A stretch of 64,000 nucleotides of DNA from positions 39,608 through 103,607 of the forward strand of contig JBKBOT010000002.1 in the NCBI GenBank assembly GCA_046293555.1, read 5' to 3'. Below are positions 19,154 to 29,050 of the stretch, piece after piece (within the stretch, counting starts at the first letter, position 1; each line of letters starts with the position of its first letter). The notes beneath the pieces were generated by a model. It was not told the DNA's origin and did not search any database. It saw only the letters and a list, made by a program, of their open reading frames with translations. The position numbers and the translations under genes were made by a program. The DNA is from Pyrobaculum sp. (lineage in GTDB: Archaea; Thermoproteota; Thermoprotei; Thermoproteales; Thermoproteaceae).

Positions 19154-21703
19154 TTTTGTGGCCCCCCTTAGCTCCTCTATGGAGACCCCCATGGCCTCTA
19201 GAATTTGTTCTAGCGATGTGTTTATGTATTCAAGATACTTCTTCTCGTCAATCTCGTCTATTCTAGCTAGTTGAATCGGCTTTACCCCAATTGGGTCTTT
19301 AGTCTTTACTAAGATAATGGCGTCTCCCCTCCCGATGTGAATTCCATATCTCGACAACTGTTCGGCTGCTTTTACGTGTTGCGGCTTGTTTTTAGTGTAC
19401 TCATTTAAGTTCTTGCTTAATACAGTCTTTATGCCAAGTTTGTCTAAAGTGATCTTCTTCTCTTTGATAAGCCCCTCAGTCTCTTTCACCATAGCCACTA
19501 TGATATCTCTAACTTTAGTGATATCCTCTACAGAGTTTATATGTTTAATATTGTTAATTATATTTTCTACTAACTCTTTCACGAAGGGCGGAGCATTACG
19601 TTTTTTAGCTACAATACCCTTTACAATTACACTACCATCTTTAGTAATGCCGAGATAGTTCTTCTTCCTGCCGCTAAACATGACGAATTTATATATTTTA
19701 TCAAGCTCTATATCTATACCAACATTCTCTGCATATGTTGTCAAGTTGTGTAACTTTTCTTCATTTACATTCCATAAGAATAGAGAATCTGTGTCTCCAT
19801 ATAGTGGGATTAGGCCTAGCTCTATGGCTTTTAACACAGTGCTAGTCATTATATATCTGGCAAGAGCTGTGGTAAGCTCGGCGACAGGGGGGCAATAAAG
19901 TGGGAAAGTCTCTGCGCCAAAAACGCCATAAGACGCATTGATAAATACCTTCATCGCGCTTTGGACCACGTCGTAAAGCTGTCTCTCTGCCGGCGTTGGC
20001 GCTTTTTTTGCCAGCTTCTTGTAGACATGAACTCTTAGATCTCTCAACACGCCCACTAGCGTGCTAGTCATGCCAGGCCTGTCGCGACATATAACATGTG
20101 GTAGCTCTGGAATAGGCCTCTCGGCGTCTTTGCCGCAATTGACAGTTTCATAAGATAAATTCCACTTGCTGATAATAGAGGGATACAGCGAGGCGAAATC
20201 TAGCACATATACGTCAAAAAATATGCCCAATGGCGGATCTAACACCACGGCGCCTGCGTATTTCTTACCCTTAATTATCGCCCTTGTGTACAACTCCCCC
20301 CTTTCCCTGATTATATCTTCCCTGTTGGGAATAAGCCACCCCCTCTTCCGATGTTCGTAATATAGCATGTTTCTAATCCATGCCGACACTTGAGACCTCG
20401 TGATGTCCTCTATGGGCATTTTTGCAATTCTCGAAAGTAGGAAGATTAGCCGCATAACCAACTCGTTGTTGTATAGGGTGAAATACAGCGTGATAAACGC
20501 GTCTCTATAGTTATACTCAGCTAACTCCCAGTATCCCATCTTAGAGACGTTTTTCTGGGCGTCTAACTTTCCAACTCCCAGTATTGTATACGCAATGCCG
20601 TCTAGCCCCCTCTCCCCCCTATACACCCCGCCAAAGGCATATGCCTCAATTGCCTTAATGGCAAAAAACTTAAACAGGTCTATGTGCACACCAGGCGCGA
20701 CGCTTACATAATCTCTCTTTGGCGTAATAGGTATCTCCTCTCTAGGTATCCCCAAGGCGAGGGCTCTGTGGTATAGATAAGGCAAGTCGAAATTATCTCC
20801 ATTAAACGTTATGACAACTGGGTACTGTACAATAGTTTTAAAGACTTCTTTAATTAAGTCGTATTCGCTATCAAAAAACAAGATTTCATAATCCGGCTTA
20901 TATCTAAGCTCTGCCTCCACTCCAGGCCTACGTAATATTAACACCCGTCTAACTCCATCGCTGCTGACAAGAGCTACGGAGATAATCTCGAATTCGGCCT
21001 CTTTGGGGTCAGGTATCTTGTTTTCCTGTGGGGTGTAGACCTCTACGTCAATAGCCACCCTCTTGATGTGCGGTATGGGGGCTTGGAAAAGCGGCAGCCA
21101 CTCTTCAGCCACCTTTATGTGTTCAGACTTAAAGACGTTTATCAACGACGTCTTTACTTCGGCTGGTATGGAGATCTCGACTGGGGCTAAACTGTTGCCG
21201 TTAGACTTATACCACATGCCGGGTATTATATCTCTATCGAAAAGATAGCTGTGGTGATACTTTATGCGGGATTCCCAAGTCTCCTTTAGCAAGTCTCTTA
21301 GAGACCTTTTGCCTCCCCCCACAGAGAGGGGGTCTTTGGCGTATATCTTGGTGACAAGAATTTTTCTGTCATGTAGCGCATCGTATTTCTCCTCCACGTC
21401 CAGGTGACTAAAGCCGGGGTGTTTTAACACCTCGGGGTATTTCTCTACTATCTCTTCTGGAGTCACGTCTGTGATTAGATAAGGCTTGTGACCCGTGTTG
21501 TCATACCAGTAGTAAATCACGTCGCCTACGGGGTCGTAGAGTTTAACTAAAGCCCTGCCCTCCCCCCCGTCGTAGACTATAGAGAGCACAATTGAGGGGG
21601 GTATAGAGTTGGAGATAACCCCCTTTATCTTACTCTCCTCTATAGCCTCCCCCTCGTATTCCCTGACTTCCTCAATTTCTTCAATCTCTTCATCAAACTC
21701 CAC
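19145..21703 (-). CDS. polB1: Family B DNA polymerase B1
   Basis: IDVE and FNGDNFDLPYL exonuclease motifs, DFASLYPSII, KVFINASYG, YGDTDS, KKNY; probable GTG start at 21703. Confidence 0.95.
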   Translation of the reverse strand: MEFDEEIEEIEEVREYEGEAIEESKIKGVISNSIPPSIVLSIVYDGGEGRALVKLYDPVGDVIYYWYDNTGHKPYLITDVTPEEIVEKYPEVLKHPGFSHLDVEEKYDALHDRKILVTKIYAKDPLSVGGGKRSLRDLLKETWESRIKYHHSYLFDRDIIPGMWYKSNGNSLAPVEISIPAEVKTSLINVFKSEHIKVAEEWLPLFQAPIPHIKRVAIDVEVYTPQENKIPDPKEAEFEIISVALVSSDGVRRVLILRRPGVEAELRYKPDYEILFFDSEYDLIKEVFKTIVQYPVVITFNGDNFDLPYLYHRALALGIPREEIPITPKRDYVSVAPGVHIDLFKFFAIKAIEAYAFGGVYRGERGLDGIAYTILGVGKLDAQKNVSKMGYWELAEYNYRDAFITLYFTLYNNELVMRLIFLLSRIAKMPIEDITRSQVSAWIRNMLYYEHRKRGWLIPNREDIIRERGELYTRAIIKGKKYAGAVVLDPPLGIFFDVYVLDFASLYPSIISKWNLSYETVNCGKDAERPIPELPHVICRDRPGMTSTLVGVLRDLRVHVYKKLAKKAPTPAERQLYDVVQSAMKVFINASYGVFGAETFPLYCPPVAELTTALARYIMTSTVLKAIELGLIPLYGDTDSLFLWNVNEEKLHNLTTYAENVGIDIELDKIYKFVMFSGRKKNYLGITKDGSVIVKGIVAKKRNAPPFVKELVENIINNIKHINSVEDITKVRDIIVAMVKETEGLIKEKKITLDKLGIKTVLSKNLNEYTKNKPQHVKAAEQLSRYGIHIGRGDAIILVKTKDPIGVKPIQLARIDEIDEKKYLEYINTSLEQILEAMGVSIEELRGATKLL

Positions 21704-21746
21704 ACCTACAACACCATATTTATTAAAAAACATTGGAGATATTACC

Positions 21747-21776
21747 GTCAGCTATCTGCGGCTGTCAGAGGTCTGC
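21747..21776. repeat. Direct repeat GTCAG-N3-TCTGC (two copies) between divergent promoters
   Basis: GTCAGctaTCTGC at 21747-21759 and GTCAGaggTCTGC at 21764-21776. Confidence 0.5.
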
Positions 21777-21814
21777 CTTTAGTTAAACTTATAAAGTGTC
21801 TTACATTTTCAGTT

Positions 21815-22225
21815 GTGGTAATTTACGTCTCGCCACATAAGTCAGATAACAGAACGTCTGTAGCTACAGACTTAAAGCGAATTATAGTTACAGAGATAAT
21901 TAACGAGGCTATCCACGGAGTTACAATTTTAGACGAGAGGGGAGTGCCGCTTATACATCATTTGCCAAACACTCTAACTGCAAAAACCTTGCGGCAAGTT
22001 ACAAACCTAATTGAAATCATAAATATCATAAGGCAGAACCAAGATGAGAGCTTGGGGGAATTTAACTACGTGGTGGTCAAATATGCGAACTACAAAGTGG
22101 GGATTTTTGACCTTCCCAACAAGAAGGGATGGCTTATAGTTTTTGTAAACCCGCTTTGGCACGTAGAAAATCTGCTATCAAAAATAAGACAGTTTGCACA
22201 TAAAATTGCACAAAGCGTTACTTAG
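21815..22225 (+). CDS. Roadblock/LC7- or profilin/longin-like protein
   Basis: Helix, IHGVTILDERGVPL hairpin, helix, LGEFNYVVVKY strands, terminal helix. Confidence 0.55.
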   Translation: MVIYVSPHKSDNRTSVATDLKRIIVTEIINEAIHGVTILDERGVPLIHHLPNTLTAKTLRQVTNLIEIINIIRQNQDESLGEFNYVVVKYANYKVGIFDLPNKKGWLIVFVNPLWHVENLLSKIRQFAHKIAQSVT

Positions 22226-23402
22226 CCCTACCAAATCTCCTGTGGGCTGAGGCCAGCTCGTTTCTTGCCAGAGCTATTAACAGGTTTAGCTCGCCAGCCA
22301 GCACCGCCGCAGCTATAATTTCGGCAAGTTTTGCCGCGTTAGCTCCAGGCGGGTTTCCAGATCCCGCCGCTCCAAGTAATTCAAGCGCCTCTCTTTGTGT
22401 GGGGAGTCCAGTGCCGCCCCCCACGGTGCCGACTTCAAGACTTGGGAGATATACCGAGATGTAGAGCCCGTCTTCCCTCCTTTCTGTAGATGTTATCCCC
22501 ATGCTAGACTCCACCACTTGCGCCGCGTCTTGACCAGTGGCGATAAATATCGCGGCGATGATATTGGCGAAATGGGCGTTAAAGCCGTATGAGTGAGCTA
22601 ACGCTGAGCCAAGCAGGTTCTTCCTAATGTTGACGTTATCTACGTCTTCAGGAGTTATGCCTAGACGTTCTAACACCTCTTTTTTTACAACTGCCTCAGC
22701 CACTACGGACTTCCCCCGCCCCAAGAGGTAGTTTACAGAATTTGCCTTCTTGTCTACACACATGTTGCCACTTAGTGCAACCAGTTTGGCTTTTGGAAAC
22801 CTCTCCTGTATGTATCTAGCCACGGCGTCAGAGGCTATGGTCACCATGTTCATCCCCATGGCGTCGCCGGTGGAGAACACAAGTCTAAGCCAGACGTAGT
22901 TGCCTACTATAAAAGGCTGTATCTCTTTAAGCTTGCCAAATCTGGTGGTGGATTCTGCCACTTTTTTCAACTCGTCGAGACGTTGTGTTGCCCACTCCGC
23001 CAGCTCTACGGCCTCTACGACAGAAGAGACTCTAAACAGTGGTGCCCTAGCCATCCCATCTTTTAACACCTTTGTCCTAACTCCTCCAGACTCCGTGAGG
23101 ATCTTCGCCCCCCTGTTTACAGAAGCCACCAGCGCGCCCTCTGTGGTGGCTAGGGGGACGTAGTAATAGCCGTCTGCATGATCTCCTCTTATAAGCAGGG
23201 GGCCCGCTATCCCTACTGGTATCTGTACTGCCCCTATGACGTTTTCTATATTTCTCCCCACTACAGTATTTAGGTCAATTATGGTCTTGCCTATATTCTC
23301 CAGCTTGACGCCCGTGGCCTTTTCTAGATGTTGCCTCCTGGCCTCTGCGGCCTTGTTGGCATCTTTATAAACCCTGTCGAATTCATGAAGCTTAATCTCC
23401 AT
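22218..23402 (-). CDS. hmgA: HMG-CoA reductase (class I)
   Basis: NIENVIG, PLATTEGALVAS, GDAMGMNM, GQDAAQ, GTVGGGT; probable start ATG 23402. Confidence 0.96.
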   Translation of the reverse strand: MEIKLHEFDRVYKDANKAAEARRQHLEKATGVKLENIGKTIIDLNTVVGRNIENVIGAVQIPVGIAGPLLIRGDHADGYYYVPLATTEGALVASVNRGAKILTESGGVRTKVLKDGMARAPLFRVSSVVEAVELAEWATQRLDELKKVAESTTRFGKLKEIQPFIVGNYVWLRLVFSTGDAMGMNMVTIASDAVARYIQERFPKAKLVALSGNMCVDKKANSVNYLLGRGKSVVAEAVVKKEVLERLGITPEDVDNVNIRKNLLGSALAHSYGFNAHFANIIAAIFIATGQDAAQVVESSMGITSTERREDGLYISVYLPSLEVGTVGGGTGLPTQREALELLGAAGSGNPPGANAAKLAEIIAAAVLAGELNLLIALARNELASAHRRFGRAK

Positions 23403-23439
23403 AAGAAACATTTTAATAACTTGGCATTAAAAACTTTCG

Positions 23440-24543
23440 ATGGGAGACGTATATATCGTCGGCGGCGCCTTTCATCCAGTGGGCCGGCATTATGGAAAAA
23501 ATATTGACGACATGGCAGCTCAGGTCTTAGACAAGGCGTTGACAGACGCGAGGGCGGATATAGATGCGTTATATGTGGCCTCTTCTACTACCGAGCTGGC
23601 AAATAGGCAGCAGCTACTAGGCGTCTACATACTAGAGTCCTTGGGGCTAGACAAGATTCCCGTATTTAGGATAGAAAACGGAGATGGCTCGGGCGGCGCC
23701 GCGGTGGCTGCAGCCTACGACGCCCTGAGGGCAGAGGAGTACAACTGTGTGGCCGTTGTAGGCGTGGATAAGCCTAACGACGTATTAAGTAACCAACAAC
23801 AAGATATCTACGCGACTACACTTGACACATACTTTGAGAGATATTTCGGAATTACCTCCCTGTCATATGCGGCGATAATGACAAAAATGTATTTAAAGAA
23901 GTATGAATATAAATATGAGGACTTGGCCTTATGGCCTGTCCTCATGCATAAACACGGCGTCTCGAACCCATATGCCTACTTCAGAAGACAGATCAAGCTA
24001 GAAGATGTGTTAAACAGCGAGTTGGTCAGCGAACCGCTTCGACTATATGACATAGGCCCTCTTGGAGACGGCGCGGCGGCTGTAGTTATGTGTAACAAGA
24101 AAGACGGCCCACGTATCTTGTCTATTGCCACCTCTACAAACGCCACGCCCTTCGGCTTAAGGCAGGAATATGACCATCTCGTAAGTTTACTAACCGCGGC
24201 AGAGCTGGCATACAGAAAGGCGAAAATTACGCCGCGGGATGTGGCCACCGCAGAGGTTCACGACTCTTTCTCTATCTTTGGCGTGTTGGCTGTAGAGGGG
24301 TTGGGAATTGTGAAGAGAGGAAGCGCCCTGTTGGCACTAAAAGATGGAGACCTTTTGGCGAATTACAGTGGAGGTTTTAAGGCGAGGGGCAACACTCTCG
24401 GAGCTTCTGGCATCTACCAGTTACTAGAGGTGACGTGGCAGCTACAGGGGAAGGAGTTTAAACGTGTAGATGGGAACTACGGCGTAGTTCACAACATGGG
24501 CGGCGTGGATAGAATTTCGACTGTTGTCGTAATTGGAATATGA
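23440..24543 (+). CDS. Thiolase-family protein (acetoacetyl-CoA thiolase context)
   Basis: DGAAA, EVHDSF, NYSGG, HNMGG; in an operon with DUF35 and HMG-CoA synthase; usual active-site Cys and His appear substituted. Confidence 0.82.
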   Translation: MGDVYIVGGAFHPVGRHYGKNIDDMAAQVLDKALTDARADIDALYVASSTTELANRQQLLGVYILESLGLDKIPVFRIENGDGSGGAAVAAAYDALRAEEYNCVAVVGVDKPNDVLSNQQQDIYATTLDTYFERYFGITSLSYAAIMTKMYLKKYEYKYEDLALWPVLMHKHGVSNPYAYFRRQIKLEDVLNSELVSEPLRLYDIGPLGDGAAAVVMCNKKDGPRILSIATSTNATPFGLRQEYDHLVSLLTAAELAYRKAKITPRDVATAEVHDSFSIFGVLAVEGLGIVKRGSALLALKDGDLLANYSGGFKARGNTLGASGIYQLLEVTWQLQGKEFKRVDGNYGVVHNMGGVDRISTVVVIGI

Positions 24544-24575
24544 CAAAACATAAAAAAATAAAACAATAAAGTCCT

Positions 24576-24974
24576 ATGAGACACGAGTCTGTCCCAATAT
24601 ATTGGAGAAATATCCCCCAGTATTACCGGCTGGTAGCTAAGAGATGTAAGAAATGTGGCTCTACTTACTACCCACCTGTGGCTAGGTGTAAATGTGGCTC
24701 TCCAGACTTAGCGGATGTGGAACTCCCACATGAGGGCAAGTTGGTAGAATACACCGTGTTGTACCAAGTGGGCACAGACTTTTTAAAACAAAAGCCTCTA
24801 ATCATAGGCCTTGTGGAGATCTCTGACGGCATAAAGATACCCGCACAGATAGTAGACATACAGCCAGACAAGTTGACAGCCGGCATGAAGGTAGAGGCGG
24901 TCTTCAGGAGAGTTACCGCAGACGGAAGACACGGCTTGGTTATGTACGGCTATAAGTTTAGACCTGTGGAGTAG
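24576..24974 (+). CDS. DUF35 Zn-ribbon/OB-fold scaffold protein
   Basis: CKKCG..YYPP..RCKCG, VFRR, YGYKFRP. Confidence 0.92.
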   Translation: MRHESVPIYWRNIPQYYRLVAKRCKKCGSTYYPPVARCKCGSPDLADVELPHEGKLVEYTVLYQVGTDFLKQKPLIIGLVEISDGIKIPAQIVDIQPDKLTAGMKVEAVFRRVTADGRHGLVMYGYKFRPVE

Positions 24975-24976
24975 CC

Positions 24977-26029
24977 ATGGGGAAAGTTGGCGTAGTGAGC
25001 TGGGGCGCCTATATCCCCAAATACCGTATTAAAACAGAGGAAGTTGCCAGAATTTGGGGCGACGACCCCCTACGTATTGTAGACGTCTATCTAGTTGATG
25101 AAAAAAGCGTGGAGGGTATAGACGAAGACGCGGTAACTATTGCGGTAGAGGCTGCACGTAGAGCGGTAAAGAGGGGCGGCATAGACCCCAGACGGATAGG
25201 CGCGATATATGTAGGCACAGAGTCAAAGCCATATGCAGTAAAGCCAGTTTCTTCAATCCTGATAGACGCGTTAGGCCTAGATAACAACGTGTTTGCAGTA
25301 GATATGGAGTTTGCATGTAAGGCAGGTAGCGAGGGGCTCGTGGCCGCGATGGGCCTTGTGGAGTCTGGACGTATAGAATACGGCATGTCTGTAGGGACAG
25401 ACACGTCGCAGGGAGAGCCTGGAGAACACCTAGAGTACTCCGCAAGTAGCGGGGGGGCGGCCTTTATAGTGGGGAAAGTCGGCGTGGTGGCAGAAGTGGA
25501 GGCCATGTACTCATATGTTTCAGATACGCCAGATTTCTGGAGGCGTGAAGGCTCGCCATACCCCATGCATGGCGAAGGGTTCACGGGGGAGCCTGCCTAC
25601 TTTAGACATATCGTAAATGCGGCAAGGGGGCTTATGGAAAAACATGGCTACAAGCCCACAGATTTCACATACGCGGTTTTCCACCAGCCTAACGGCCGGT
25701 TTCCTGTACGTGCGGCATCTATGTTAAACATACCCATAGAGAAGGTCAAGCCCGGCATCGTGGTGACTCACATTGGAAATACCTACAACGCCTCTGCGTT
25801 AATGGGGTTTGCAAAAATTCTAGACATCGCAAAGCCGGGAGACAGGGTATTACTAGTGACATTTGGCAGCGGCGCGGGCTCTAACGCCATTGTTTTCACT
25901 ATCACAGATTTAATACAGGAAAGACAGAAGGCATATGTGTCCACTGTGGAGAAAATGCTTCAGAACAAAATCTATATAGACTATTCGCAATACCTAAAGA
26001 TGCGTAAAATGATAAAGCTATTTGAATAA
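24977..26029 (+). CDS. Hydroxymethylglutaryl-CoA synthase
   Basis: [35 protein letters not shown]. Confidence 0.95.
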   Translation: MGKVGVVSWGAYIPKYRIKTEEVARIWGDDPLRIVDVYLVDEKSVEGIDEDAVTIAVEAARRAVKRGGIDPRRIGAIYVGTESKPYAVKPVSSILIDALGLDNNVFAVDMEFACKAGSEGLVAAMGLVESGRIEYGMSVGTDTSQGEPGEHLEYSASSGGAAFIVGKVGVVAEVEAMYSYVSDTPDFWRREGSPYPMHGEGFTGEPAYFRHIVNAARGLMEKHGYKPTDFTYAVFHQPNGRFPVRAASMLNIPIEKVKPGIVVTHIGNTYNASALMGFAKILDIAKPGDRVLLVTFGSGAGSNAIVFTITDLIQERQKAYVSTVEKMLQNKIYIDYSQYLKMRKMIKLFE

Positions 26030-26076
26030 TACGTGATTTAAACACCAGAGAAAAAAAGATAGCTAATTTTTTCTAC

Positions 26077-26295
26077 ATGCCGAAAAGACAGACAGACAAG
26101 GTATACGAGAGAAAAGAACAGGTAGTAGAATTCTTAAAAACACATGGCGAGCTTACTACAAGCAGGTTAATACAACTCACGGGGCTAAGCCACTCACAGA
26201 TTTTCTACATCTTAAAGCTGTTAGAAAGAGAAAACATAATTAAAGAAATTAAACGGGGTAAGATCGCCTACTGGAGGCTGATAAACAGTTTTTAA
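26077..26295 (+). CDS. Small winged-helix DNA-binding protein
   Basis: FLKTHGELTTSRLIQLTGLSHSQIFYILKLLERENII..RGKIAYW. Confidence 0.75.
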   Translation: MPKRQTDKVYERKEQVVEFLKTHGELTTSRLIQLTGLSHSQIFYILKLLERENIIKEIKRGKIAYWRLINSF

Positions 26296-26314
26296 GCTGT
26301 AAAAAGGAGATATA

Positions 26315-26890
26315 GTGTTAACAGAGCTATATAAAGGCGGCAAGATAAGACAGGAGACGCTAGGAGTCCTCGCAAAGACTGTCATATGCGCAAAGCTAGG
26401 CTGTCTCGTCACAGGCCCCGAGGTAGTTCTTGAAAACACGGTGTTACAGCTGGCAGAAGCGCTCACGGCGCCGCCAAAGCCGCCGAAGGCCACGAGACAG
26501 CCTCCCCCACCTCCCAAACCCCCTCCACACTCTCCACAAGAGCCTCCAAAAAGCGTGGAGAAGAAAGTAACAACTCTACGCCAAGAGACGCTACTAGAGG
26601 TAAGACGCGACACACAGTGGGACTTCTTGGTATCACTACTTGTAGAAGAGGTGAAAATAGATCCGCCTAAGGCAGACTCCTTGCTTACGGCATTTTTTAA
26701 CTACATGTCTATATACCCAAGCGTGGGCGTATTTAGGCTTATAGAAGACCTCTCTAGAATCACCAAGATGGAGCCCAATGTGGTTAAGACGGCCGTAGAG
26801 ATCTTGAGATCTACAGACCTAATAGAGGTGCGAGAAGACGGAGTGGTAAACATAAAGAAGGTAATTAAAAAAGGCGAGATACCTCTTTAG
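26315..26890 (+). CDS. Two-domain protein with Pro-rich linker and C-terminal wHTH (possibly PBP2-like)
   Basis: PPKPPKATRQPPPPPKPPPHSPQEPP linker; C-terminal YxxxYPSVG..DL..P..L..IE..G..N. Confidence 0.6.
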   Translation: MLTELYKGGKIRQETLGVLAKTVICAKLGCLVTGPEVVLENTVLQLAEALTAPPKPPKATRQPPPPPKPPPHSPQEPPKSVEKKVTTLRQETLLEVRRDTQWDFLVSLLVEEVKIDPPKADSLLTAFFNYMSIYPSVGVFRLIEDLSRITKMEPNVVKTAVEILRSTDLIEVREDGVVNIKKVIKKGEIPL

Positions 26891-27222
26891 CCCCTCTTTG
26901 CTGGTATATAAACTTCCGTCCGGTGTCCCTTAGCCACTAGTATCAAGTCGCCCCTATCTCGCAAATTACGTAATACTCTATACGCCACAGACATCTTTAT
27001 GCCATATTTCGACGCGACTTCGTAGGGAGTTACCACCTTCATAGATTGGACCTCTCTAGCGATTGTCTGGAAGACCTTTTCTTCCAACATCTGTATAGTC
27101 CTCTTGGCGGCCCCCTCTTCCTTCTTTACTTCTTTCTTCCCCTTTTGAGGCTGTTGTTGTGCCTTCTCCTTTTCAGCCTTCTTGGAAAGCTGGCTTAACG
27201 TGGGCTTTTTCTTCCCACCCAT
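26887..27222 (-). CDS. rps25e: 30S ribosomal protein S25e
   Basis: MGGKKKPTLS, Lys-rich N-terminus, VTPYEVASKYGIKMSVAYRVLR. Confidence 0.93.
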   Translation of the reverse strand: MGGKKKPTLSQLSKKAEKEKAQQQPQKGKKEVKKEEGAAKRTIQMLEEKVFQTIAREVQSMKVVTPYEVASKYGIKMSVAYRVLRNLRDRGDLILVAKGHRTEVYIPAKRG

Positions 27223-27240
27223 CGAGTTGGGGGGTGTGGA

Positions 27241-27284
27241 TATTTAAAATATTTTCTCTATATCCAGCCATGTATATTTAAATA
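27241..27284. promoter_or_regulatory. Divergent TATA boxes for rps25e and tbp
   Basis: TTTAAATA on the minus strand at 27241-27248 and on the plus strand at 27277-27284, each about 19 nt from its start codon. Confidence 0.65.
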
Positions 27285-27303
27285 GGGTTATATAAACTCT
27301 CAT

Positions 27304-27897
27304 ATGTCTTCAAGAGGGCCCTCTTACCGCATTGAGAATATTGTTGCTACAGTAAATCTCGGGGCAGAGCTCGACTTAGAGAGGCTGGCAGAACGACTCA
27401 CAATGGCTGAATACAACCCAGACCAATTCCCCGGCCTAATCTTAAGACTTACAAAACCTAGAATCTCCGCCTTAATTTTCCGTACTGGCAAAATGGTGTG
27501 TACTGGCGCAAAAAACGAAGAAGACCTGAAAAATGCCGTAAGAGCTTTAGTCAAACTGCTTAATGACCACGGGGCGGAAGTGCCCTTCGACCCGGAGGTC
27601 CAAGTTCAAAATATTGTGGCTAGTGGCAACCTGCCCGCAGAGGTGGACTTAGAGCAAGCCGTGTTGATGCTAGAAAACGCCATGTATGAACCAGAGCAGT
27701 TCCCCGGCCTTATCTACAGGATGACTTCTCCCAGAGTAGTGATATTGATCTTCGGCTCTGGCAAGATTGTATGTACTGGCGCCAAGTCTGAAAGAGACGT
27801 GGCCACGGCGGTAGAGAGGCTATATAGCCAGCTAAAAGGATTGGGGGTGTTATACATTGAGGAGGAGAAAGAGGAAGAGTTTGAAGAGGAGTTGTGA
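27304..27897 (+). CDS. tbp: TATA-box binding protein
   Basis: Two repeats NIVA..Y(N/E)P(D/E)QFPGLI..LIFxxGKxVCTGAK; acidic tail. Confidence 0.98.
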   Translation: MSSRGPSYRIENIVATVNLGAELDLERLAERLTMAEYNPDQFPGLILRLTKPRISALIFRTGKMVCTGAKNEEDLKNAVRALVKLLNDHGAEVPFDPEVQVQNIVASGNLPAEVDLEQAVLMLENAMYEPEQFPGLIYRMTSPRVVILIFGSGKIVCTGAKSERDVATAVERLYSQLKGLGVLYIEEEKEEEFEEEL

Positions 27898-28376
27898 TTT
27901 TTTTGTATACAGAAGACATATTGGATGTAGACCTAAACCAGGTGGTACCCACATGTGAGATATACGACAGGAGGGTTGTTCCCCTGGTTGGCGAAGATAT
28001 GCAATGTATACGTAACGTGATATATAAGACGAGCCAGGGCCTGGCGGTCAAGACTAGAAACAAGCTGTTGGCGGCCTTTCTAAGAGAGCTAAGGCCCGAC
28101 TTGACGATATATATCTGGGGGGCCCCCATGAGAGCTAAAAACATCGTGCCGATATATTCTGGCAACTATAGGGGGCCGGGCATTTACTACGTAAAGACTA
28201 CTCAAGAGCTCAAATCGCTGTGGGGGAAGCCCGTAGATGGCGTCATGTTAGACGTCAGAGGGTTTAACCCATATCTTCTAGAGCTAGTTGTTAAAAACAA
28301 GGTACACTGTTGTAAAGACTGCCACATAGTAGAGAAGCTGGCATGTAACGCCTATAGAGAGGTAGAAATTTTATGA
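27894..28376 (+). CDS. Hypothetical protein
   Basis: GTGA/ATGA overlaps with tbp and hjc; Cys-rich C-terminus. Confidence 0.65.
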   Translation: MIFLYTEDILDVDLNQVVPTCEIYDRRVVPLVGEDMQCIRNVIYKTSQGLAVKTRNKLLAAFLRELRPDLTIYIWGAPMRAKNIVPIYSGNYRGPGIYYVKTTQELKSLWGKPVDGVMLDVRGFNPYLLELVVKNKVHCCKDCHIVEKLACNAYREVEIL

Positions 28377-28774
28377 ACGTAAAACGGAAGGGCTCCACAA
28401 AAGAGAGAGAGCTTGCCAACCACTTTTGGGAACGTGGGTGTGCGGTATTACGCGGCTGCTCTTCTGGAGGGGGCATTAGGAAGAGATATGTGCCAGATCT
28501 GGTGGCAATATGTAGAGAAAAGGTGTTAATTTTCGAGGTGAAGTATAGGTCAAAATACGGCACGATAGCTGTCGAGAGTAAAAAAATTGAGAAACTCCTA
28601 GATTTTGCCAAACGTGCAGGTGGCGAGGCCTTTCTCCTTGTTAAATATGGCAAAAATCCCTGGAAGGTGTTAAAAGCCGCCGAGAGGGTAGGCAAGGAGG
28701 ACTACAAAAAGGCCATGGAGCTGCGGGCATTTCTCGAGACTATTTTCTCGCAGAGGGTAGACCAGTATTTTTAA
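28373..28774 (+). CDS. hjc: Holliday junction resolvase Hjc
   Basis: KGSTKERELA, SGG, PDLVA, FEVK. Confidence 0.92.
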   Translation: MNVKRKGSTKERELANHFWERGCAVLRGCSSGGGIRKRYVPDLVAICREKVLIFEVKYRSKYGTIAVESKKIEKLLDFAKRAGGEAFLLVKYGKNPWKVLKAAERVGKEDYKKAMELRAFLETIFSQRVDQYF

Positions 28775-28794
28775 GTTAGGTAGTTTGACGTTCT

Positions 28795-29028
28795 GTGAGA
28801 GAATTTGAGAAAACTATAGAGCTCATAAAGAGGTCTGGCGCCGGCGTTGTGAAATATGTAAAATATGGCCAAACAGAAGTTGGCACATATTATATAAAGA
28901 TATTTTTGCTAAAACCAATTGACATAAAAATTGTTTTTGATGTAATAAAGGAGTTTGAAAAAGGCTATAGTATTAAGATTTATGCGCCACACGCCCGGGC
29001 GATAAGACTCGACTTAAAGAAGAAATAA
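28795..29028 (+). CDS. Hypothetical protein
   Basis: 77-aa ORF filling the gap, co-oriented with neighbours. Confidence 0.55.
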   Translation: MREFEKTIELIKRSGAGVVKYVKYGQTEVGTYYIKIFLLKPIDIKIVFDVIKEFEKGYSIKIYAPHARAIRLDLKKK

Positions 29029-29050
29029 AAATCTCTATATTCTGGACATT

